From Octopus vulgaris (taxonomy: Eukaryota), in NCBI GenBank assembly GCA_951406725.2, contig OX597814.1, positions 176,328,001-176,392,000 on the forward strand: a stretch of 64,000 nucleotides of DNA, given 5' to 3'. Positions 55,880-64,000 of this stretch are shown here, piece by piece. The notes under the pieces are model-generated. The model did no database searches. It saw only the letters and a program-made list of their open reading frames with translations, and was not told where the DNA came from. Numbering within the stretch: position 1 is the first letter of the stretch; the number at the start of each line of letters is the position of its first letter. A program made the position numbers and the translations under genes.

Positions 55880-57278
55880 CCGTATATGCATATATATTTG
55901 TGAATCTGTGTGTGTGTGAGAAAGGGTTTGCATTTGAACAAATACGTCCACATTTTGGGGATATACTTACGTAGGTATATGCATGTATATTTGTGAGTCT
56001 GTGTGTGTGTGAGAAAGGGTTTGCATTTGAACAAATACGTCCACATTTTGGGGATATACTTACGTAGGTATATGCATATATATTTGTGAGTCTGTGTGTG
56101 TGTGAGAAAGGGTTTGCATTTGAACAAATACGTCCACATTTTGGGGATATACTTACGTAGGTATATGCATATATATTTGTGAGTCTGTGTGTGTGTGAGA
56201 AAGGGTTTGCATTTGAACAAATACGTCCACATTTTGGGGATATACTTACGTAGGTATATGCATATATATTTGTGAGTCTGTGTGTGTGTGAGAAAGGGTT
56301 TGCATTTGAACAAATACGTCCACATTTTGGGGATATACTTACGTAGGTATATGCATATATATTTGTGAGTCTGTGTGTGTGAGAAAGGGTTTGCATTTGA
56401 ACAAATACGTCCACATTTTGGGGATATACTTACGTAGGTATATGCATATATATTTTTGAGTCTGTGTGTGTGTGAGAAAGGGTTTGCATTTGAACAAATA
56501 CGTCCACATTTTGGGGATATACTTACGTAGGTATATGCATATATATTTGTGAGTCTGTGTGTGTGTGAGAAAGGGTTTGCATTTGAACAAATACGTCCAC
56601 ATTTTGGGGATATACTTACGTAGGTATATGCATATATATTTGTGAGTCTGTGTGTGTGTGAGAAAGGGTTTGCATTTGAACAAATACGTCCACATTTTGG
56701 GGATATACTTACGTAGGTATATGCATATATATTTGTGAGTCTGTGTGTGTGTGAGAAAGGGTTTGCATTTGAACAAATACGTCCACATTTTGGGGATATA
56801 CTTACGTAGGTATATGCATATATATTTGTGAGTCTGTGTGTGTGTGAGAAAGGGTTTGCATTTGAACAAATACGTCCACATTTTGGGGATATACTTACGT
56901 AGGTATATGCATATATATTTGTGAGTCTGTGTGTGTGTGTGAAAGGGTTTGCATTTGAACAAATACGTCCACATTTTGGGGATATACTTACGTAGGTATA
57001 TGCATATATATTTGTGAGTCTGTGTGTGTGTGAGAAAGGGTTTGCATTTGAACAAATACGTCCACATTTTGGGGATATACTTACGTAGGTATATGCATAT
57101 ATATCTGTGAGTCTGTGTGTGAGTGAGAAAGGGTTTGCATTTGAACAAATACGTCCACATTTTGGGGATATACTTACGTAGGTATATGCATATATATTTG
57201 TGAGTCTGTGTGTGTGTGAGAAAGGATTTGCATTTGAACAAATACGTCCACATTTGGGGGATATACTTACGTAGATAT
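55880..57278. repeat. Minisatellite, 93-bp unit, about 15 near-identical copies
   Basis: Unit GAGAAAGGGTTTGCATTTGAACAAATACGTCCACATTTTGGGGATATACTTACGTAGGTATATGCATATATATTTGTGAGTCTGTGTGTGTGT; 31-aa periodicity in the ORF track. Confidence 0.97.
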
Positions 57279-57714
57279 ATTTACGTGTACTTTTATGAGC
57301 GCATGCGCTTTGCTTAATAGAACTGCGGAATACGACAGAGAAACAAATGTACTATTAATAACATGTATATGCATATAATGTCCATGCATACATATAGATA
57401 TTTGCCTCTAGCATTAGTAAATTAACAGCCTTTTGCTTAATGTCTCCTGATAAAGATATTTGATATGCATCAAGATACGATGCTAATTTAAAATTATAAT
57501 TGTCTTCAGTATATTTTAGCGCCTCGGATGTAAAATAAATTAACTATATAACCGTTAGTCTGTTTTAATAGAGACATTGATTCGCCTAATTAGAAATTTT
57601 GCTTTTTCGCATATAAACAGTACAAAATGCTTCAATTTATTTTAATTGTTTCGTTCATTTTTCTCTTTACAATTGCGTTATGAAATAATAATTCTACATA
57701 CTCAATTAACCTTT

Positions 57715-58530
57715 TTATTTGTTTCAGTAATTAGGCTGCGGCTATACTGGAGCACCGCCTTGCAGAATTTTCTTTTTTACTCGAATGCTTATTTTATCGA
57801 TCTCTTTGCCGGACCGCTAAGTTACGGAGACGTAAGCACAGCGACACCGTCTGTCACACACACACACATATACACATATAAATCTACACAACGGGCTACT
57901 TTCAGTTTTTGTCTACAAAATTCCCACACAATGCTTTGGTCAGCCCGGGGCTATAGTAGAAGCTACTTGCCCAAGGCGGTGAGCTGGCAGAAACGTTAGC
58001 ACGCCGGGCGAAATGCTTAGCAGTATTTCGTCTGTCTTTACGTTCTGAGTTCAAATTCCGCCGAAGTCGACTTTGCCTTTCATCCTTTCGGGGTCGATAA
58101 ATTAAGTACCAGATACGCACTGGGGTCAATATAATCGACTTAATCCGTTTGTCTGTCCTTGTTTGTCCCCTCTATTTTTAGCCCCTTGTGGGCAATAAAG
58201 AAATAAGTGCCACACGGTGGGACTGAAGCCAGAATCATGTAGTTGAGAAACAAACTTATAACATATTTCTTTACTATCCACAAGGGGCTAAACACAGAGG
58301 ACAAACAAGGACAGACAAACGGATTAAGTCGATTATATCGATCCCAGTGCGTAACTGGTACTTATTTAATCGACCCCGAAAGGATAAAAGGCAAAGTCGA
58401 CCTCGACGGAATTTGAACTCAGAACGTAACGGCAGACGAAATACGGCTACGCATTTCACCCGGCGTACTAACGATTCTGCCAGCTCACCGCCTTTTGAGA
58501 AACAAACTTATTACCACTCAGCCAATCGTG
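57715..58530 (-). mobile_element. Group C SINE interrupted by two group A SINEs (57972-58206 plus; 58264-58494 minus)
   Basis: Host CTTGCCCAAG|TGCCAC is split; the second insert is flanked by TTGAGAAACAAACTTAT on both sides. Confidence 0.85.
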
Positions 58531-58918
58531 CGCCCATAATAATTCGTTGAATTACAACTAAGTGCACAGGCCAATAGTTACTACAGATGATTTACACCGA
58601 TTTTCTTTTCCACGGTTGATGTATGCTAAATTATTGTCAAAATAAACATTCGGTTGATATATCTCGGGTGATATAACATTCAGATTTATAGACGGTGAAT
58701 CGATAAGTTTTCTTTTAGCGTTAAAATTCTATTAGAATGTATAAAATTAGACGATTAAATAATCATTTTAATCAATAAGTTTTTCTAGCATTAAAATTCT
58801 ATTAGGATGTATAAAATTGGACAATTAAATAATCATATAACGATTTGTGAAAACCTACTGATAGATTAAATGCATGCTAACCTAGACTAACTGAATGATT
58901 CGTAGGTTCGTTTGTAAA

Positions 58919-59141
58919 CTTTACTCTTTTACTCTTTTACTTGTTTCGGTCATGTAACTGTGGCCATGCAGGAGCACCGCCTTTAGTCGAGCAAATCGAC
59001 CCCAGGACTTATTCTTTGTAAGCCTAGTACCTATTCTATCGGACTCTTTTGCTGAACCGCTAAGTTACGGGGACGTAAACACACCAGCATCGGTTGTCAA
59101 GCGATGTTAGGGGTGGGACAAACACAGACACACAAACATAT

Positions 59142-59214
<73 letters not shown>

Positions 59215-59380
59215 TACGACGGGCTTCTTTCAGTTTCCGTCTTCCAAATCCACTCACAAAGCTTTGGTCGGCCCGAGGCTATAGTAGAAGACACTTGCCA
59301 AAGGTGCCACGCAGTGGGACTGGACCCGGAAGCATGTGGCTGGTAAGCAAGCTACTTACCACACAGCCACTCCTACGCCT
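58919..59380 (-). mobile_element. Full-length group C SINE with internal (TA)n
   Basis: Head AGGCGTAGGAGTGGCTGTGTGGTAAG through to the (GTAAAAGA)n tail. Confidence 0.92.
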
Positions 59381-59491
59381 ATTGGCTGTTTCTTTCTTCG
59401 AATAAATCAGAGGTGTAGCCAGGTTGTAGTGGGGACGAGTGTAACTCATTTCTCTTATATTACGCGAAATATTTCATTAGTTATAACATGA

Positions 59492-59871
59492 TGGCACTCC
59501 GTCCCTTACGATGACGAGTGTTCCAGTTGATCCGATCAACGGAACAGCCTGCTCGTGAAATTAACGTGAAAGTGGCTGAGCACTCCACACACACGTGTTA
59601 CCCTTAACGTAGTTCTCGGAGAGATTCAGCGTGACAGAGTGTGACAAGACTGGCCCTATGAAATACAGGTACAACAGAAACAGGAAGAAAGAGTGAGAGA
59701 AAGATGTGGTGAAAGAGTACAGCAGGGTCCACCACCACCCCCTACAGGAGCCTCGGGGAGCTTTAGGTGTTTTCGCTCAATAAACACTCACAACTCCCGG
59801 TCTGAGAATCGAAACCGCAATCCTAAGACTGGGAGTTCGCTGCCCTAACCACTGGGCCATTGCGCCTCCAC
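59492..59871 (-). mobile_element. Group B SINE (head 1, tail 2)
   Basis: Head like the 4261 copy, tail like the 42781 copy. Confidence 0.9.
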
Positions 59872-60180
59872 ATATGTAATTGTATTCTACCATTCATTAT
59901 TTCATGTTTCATTAACTATGCCATTACTAGTGTGTATAACTAAACCTTACAACTACTAATATAGGTGTGACATGATCATGATGAAATTCCATGAGATCGT
60001 CCTGTGTTAAGAGGTTATGACGTCCGGGTTTGTTCTGGTTCTTCAGATGTCAGTGGCCACTAATACATCACGGGAAATTGAGCTGACAGTTCAAAACCAC
60101 AAGAGATTAGTCAAATAAAGTAAAGACTCCAGAAAGTTCTTCCAAGGTCATGCGATAAGCATATAAAAAAAAAAGATTCG

Positions 60181-60575
60181 GTGGAGTGGCTGTGTGGTAA
60201 GTAGCTTGCTTACCAACTACTTAGTTCCGGGTTCAGTCCTACTGCGTGGCACCTTGGGCAAGTGTGTCTTCTACTATAGCCTCGGGCCGACCAAAGCCTT
60301 GTGAATGAATTTGTTAGACGGAAACTGAAAGAAGCCCATCGTATATGTATGTGTGTGTGTGTGTCCGTGTGTGTATCTGTGTCTGTGTCCCCCCAACATC
60401 GCTTGACAACCGATGCTGGTGTGTTTACGTCCCCGTCACTTAGCGGTTCGGCAAAAGAGACCGATAGAATAAGTACTATGCTTACGAAGAATAAGTCCTG
60501 AGGTCGATTTGCTCGACTAAAGGCAGTGCTCCAGCATGAGCGCAGTCAAATGACTGAAACAAGTAAAAGAGTAAA
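60181..60575 (+). mobile_element. Near full-length group C SINE
   Basis: GGAGTGGCTGTGTGGTAAGTAGC...GGGTTCAGTCC...GACTGAAACAAGTAAAAGAGTA. Confidence 0.92.
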
Positions 60576-61420
60576 AAAAAAGAGAGAGTTTTATAGCACA
60601 AATGAACCAAAGAGTTTTAAAAATTGTTAAAAAGCCGCCAATTTTGAAAAATGTGCTCGTCGGTGACGGTGGGGTCCCCTTATTTCCCTATTAGCTACGC
60701 CAATGGAACAAAATAGACCTCGTATTTTATTTGTCACCGATTATCTTCTAAAATATTATGTAAGCAGCAATGAAATTTTGCGACTTTGGATTTAGATCAA
60801 TATATACCTTTTAATGTGAAGTGTTGCTTATTCCATTATTAATTCTACCGTCTATCTAAGCTAAATGTTAACTTGATTTCCATGAGGTATTCTTTTACTT
60901 GTTTCAGTCATTTGACTGTGGCCATGGTGGAGCACCGCCTTTAGTCGAGCAATTTGGCCCCAGGGCTTATTCTTTGTAAGCCTAGTACTTATTCTATCGG
61001 TCACTTTTGCCGAACCGCAAAGTTAATTGTAAACAGTTACGAAAACCACTAAGATCCCAATTCTCTTTTTATGGGATTCTATCCAATGGTGCAGGTGTAG
61101 CTGTATGGTAAGAAGTTTGTTTCCCAACCATGTGGTCTTCGGTTCAGTCCCACAGCGTGACACTTCGGGCAAGTAAAATAGTAAACAGCAATGAAATTTT
61201 GCGACTTTGGATTTAGATCAATGCCTTTTAATGTGAGGTGTTGTTGAGAGAAAGTAGTTCGGATGATGCACTTACAATCGCTCGTGCACCTGTTCAGGTA
61301 ACGTCGATTTGATAGAAGGAATGAGGTATGTACAACACATATTTTGGTCACTGTATACAAATTAGTTATGCAGGTTATTCAACTAGAAATTGCAGAGACG
61401 TTTCTCTTAGACTGCGGGTG

Positions 61421-61504
<84 letters not shown>

Positions 61505-61505
<1 letters not shown>

Positions 61506-62700
61506 TAGGTTGTCCGGAGTTCTGAGCGCTTTTAATATGCAAAAAGGGATATAAATAATTGACCATTCAATAAATTTTATTCAATGAAATAACTTCCATT
61601 ATTATTAATGATCTTTGCTCATCTATCAGGCAATTTGAATATTCTATCAGCATAAAATCTGACTGGTTTTAAAGAAAAAAGTTGTCTAGATGCATTTTGA
61701 TTCCATCTAGATTGTTGGTAGCAGGATGGCGCAATATCAGGAGAATAAGATGTTAGGGGTGAGAGATCCCAGCCAAGTTCATGTAACTTTGTTTGGGTAG
61801 CCAAAGACACATGTGGTCGGGCATTGTCTTGTTGGGACACTACCCCTTTCCTGATGGCAATATCCGGCCTCAGTTCTTTGATTTTTTTTTTTGTTCAAAT
61901 TAGCCAACTGACAACAGTACACAACAGAGTTAATGGTCTGGTTTTGTGGGAGAAGCTCATAATAAATAATGCCTTTATGATCCCACCAAACACAAAGCAT
62001 AGCTTTTTTGGCATGAATATTCGGCTTTGGTTGCTGTTTTGGGGGATCCTTACACAAACTCCAGGATCATTTTCACACTCCGTTTTCGTACACAATCCAT
62101 TTTTCATCTGCAGTTACAATTTGTTTCAAAAAAGGCATGATTTTATTCCGTTTCAAAAACATATCACAAATGGAATACCAGTTCAAGCAATTATTTTCTG
62201 AGAATCTGTGTGGAACCCATATATTATAGCGAGAAATGTATTTTAGCGCCACTGGGTGTTCATGAGCCATACTTTTAGAAACTTCCAACTCCTCTGCAAG
62301 TTCTGTAGTCATGACATTTGAGTTTTCTTAGATTTTTTACCTTCAAACCATCTTCATCCAGTTTTGAAGGTCTTCCACTGCGGCTGTCATCTTCCAAACT
62401 AAACTCTCCAGCTTTTAATTTTGCAAACTACTTTCAAACAGTTGATTCACCATAAACTTCACAAATGTTTTTGCAAGTTTTTGTAGCATTTTCTCCTTGT
62501 TTCAAAAAAGAAAAGCATTACAATGTGAGTATGAAATTTTTGACTATCCATTTCAAATGTCAATAAAAGGTAACCAGAATGAAAGATAAATCTATTTTTA
62601 GTCAGGAACAAAAAGAAGAGATGCACCGCCACTTCAAGCAACGCCAAAGAAGTGTTAAAAGATTTAGCTTGAAAACGCTCGGAACTTTTCGGACAACCTA

Positions 62701-62701
<1 letters not shown>
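61505..62701 (-). mobile_element. Mariner transposon with both TIRs; transposase pseudogene at 62551-61577
   Basis: TIRs CTAGGTTGTCCGGAGTTCTGAGCGCTTTT and (reverse complement) TTAGGTTGTCCGAAAAGTTCCGAGCGTTTT, TA on both sides; motifs WVPH, TADEKW, MLCVWWD, DNARPH, YSPDIAPS with frameshifts; third catalytic D lost. Confidence 0.95.
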
Positions 62702-62790
<89 letters not shown>

Positions 62791-62819
62791 AACTACACAC
62801 AGTCACACATAAATATATG

Positions 62820-63100
62820 TACATGTGTGTGTGTCTGTGTGTCTGTGTGTCTTTGCGTATGAGTCTGTCCCCCACCACCGTTTGACAACAGGTATTGGTT
62901 TGTTTATACCCCTGTAACTTAGAGAGTTTCGACAAAAAGAATACCCCTGTATTCTTTTTGTTATATCCCTGTAACTTAGACAGTTTTGACTGAAAGAATA
63001 AGTTACCATGTCCAAAGATAAGTATCGAGGTCGATTTATTCAGCGAAACCTCTCAAGATTGTGCCCAAGCATGGTTGCAGTCCAAAGACAGACAAGTAAA
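62820..63100 (+). mobile_element. Diverged group C SINE 3' half
   Basis: GTCCCCCACCACCGTTTGACAAC...GTAACTTAG...GACAAGTAAAA, with a short internal duplication. Confidence 0.7.
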
Positions 63101-63177
63101 AAATAAATTGCATTTTATGTACTGGACCTTTGTATTGAGGATGAAAATAGCTGCTATAATTATATACGACCTCTAAT

Positions 63178-63665
63178 AATCCTTTCTACAATAGGCACAA
63201 AGCCCGAAATTTGGTAGGGAGGATCTAGTCGATTACATCGACTCCAGTGTTTCAATAATACTCAATTTTTCGACCCCGAAAAGATGAAAGGCAAAGTCAA
63301 CCTTGGCGGAATTTGAACTCAGAACGTAGCGGCAGACGAAATACCTATTTCTATTTCTTTACTACCCACAAGGGGCTAAACACAGAGAGGACACACAAGG
63401 ACAGACAAACGGATTAAGTCGATTATATCGACCCCAGTGCGTAACTGGTACTTATTTAATCGACCCCGAAAGAATGAAAGGCAAAGTCAACCTCGGCGGA
63501 ATTTGAACTCAGAACGTAACCGCAGACGAAATACGGCTACGCATTTCGGTTCGGCAAAAAAAGACCGATCGATTACAAAGAATAAGTCCAGGGGTCGATT
63601 TGTTCGACTAAAAGCGGTGCTCCAGCATGGCCGCAGTCAAATGGCTGAAGCGAGTAAAAGAAAAG
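63178..63665. mobile_element. Group A SINE dimer (minus) joined to a group C 3' fragment (plus)
   Basis: Two group A cores at 63180-63548, then GGTTCGGCAAAA...GCTCCAGCATGGCCGCAGTC. Confidence 0.85.
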
Positions 63666-63822
63666 AATGTGTATGCGAGTGTGTGTGTGTGTGTGTGTGT
63701 GTATACATATACATTTACATACATATATACAAATATAGTCATACCTATATGCATGACTATATATATGTGAGGACTGTGTGTGTATGTTTGTAAGTGTCTA
63801 GCCATCTATCTATTTATCTATG

Positions 63823-64000
<178 letters not shown>

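Larger units (their letters stand above)
59408..60705. mobile_element. Possible old hAT-type non-autonomous element carrying nested SINEs
   Basis: Ends CAGAGGTGTAGCCAG and (reverse complement) CATTGGCGTAGCTAA; 8-bp flanks GAATAAAT / GAACAAAA match 6 of 8. Confidence 0.35.

Noticed and set aside
55880-57278. CRISPR-like array or repetitive protein (304-aa ORF)
   Set aside because: Units are identical end to end with no unique spacers and no cas genes; the ORF is open only because the unit length is a multiple of 3, and it breaks where a TG is lost

Overview
This is an AT-rich, repeat-dominated eukaryotic window. The SINE families and microsatellite load resemble octopus (coleoid cephalopod) DNA, which is inferred from recalled repeat sequences and not from a search. 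No host protein-coding gene can be supported, and nearly all ORFs in the track are microsatellite translations. Identifiable content: an open R4/Dong-clade LINE reverse transcriptase cut by a 100-N gap plus three other R4/Dong fragments, an RTE LINE fragment, two mariner fossils (one with both TIRs), two different Penelope-like GIY-YIG fragments, a non-autonomous Helitron, several MITE/fold-back elements, dozens of copies of three tRNA-type SINE groups, a 93-bp minisatellite and many microsatellites. The most interesting signals are (1) a canonical-core hammerhead ribozyme and several U3:A8-variant hammerhead-like motifs in putative Penelope-type ends, several folded back into long near-perfect palindromes, (2) a SINE subfamily whose tail repeatedly joins one internal site of its own family and has very variable duplications, and (3) head/tail module swapping among SINEs. 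Coordinates were read by eye and may be off by a few bases.
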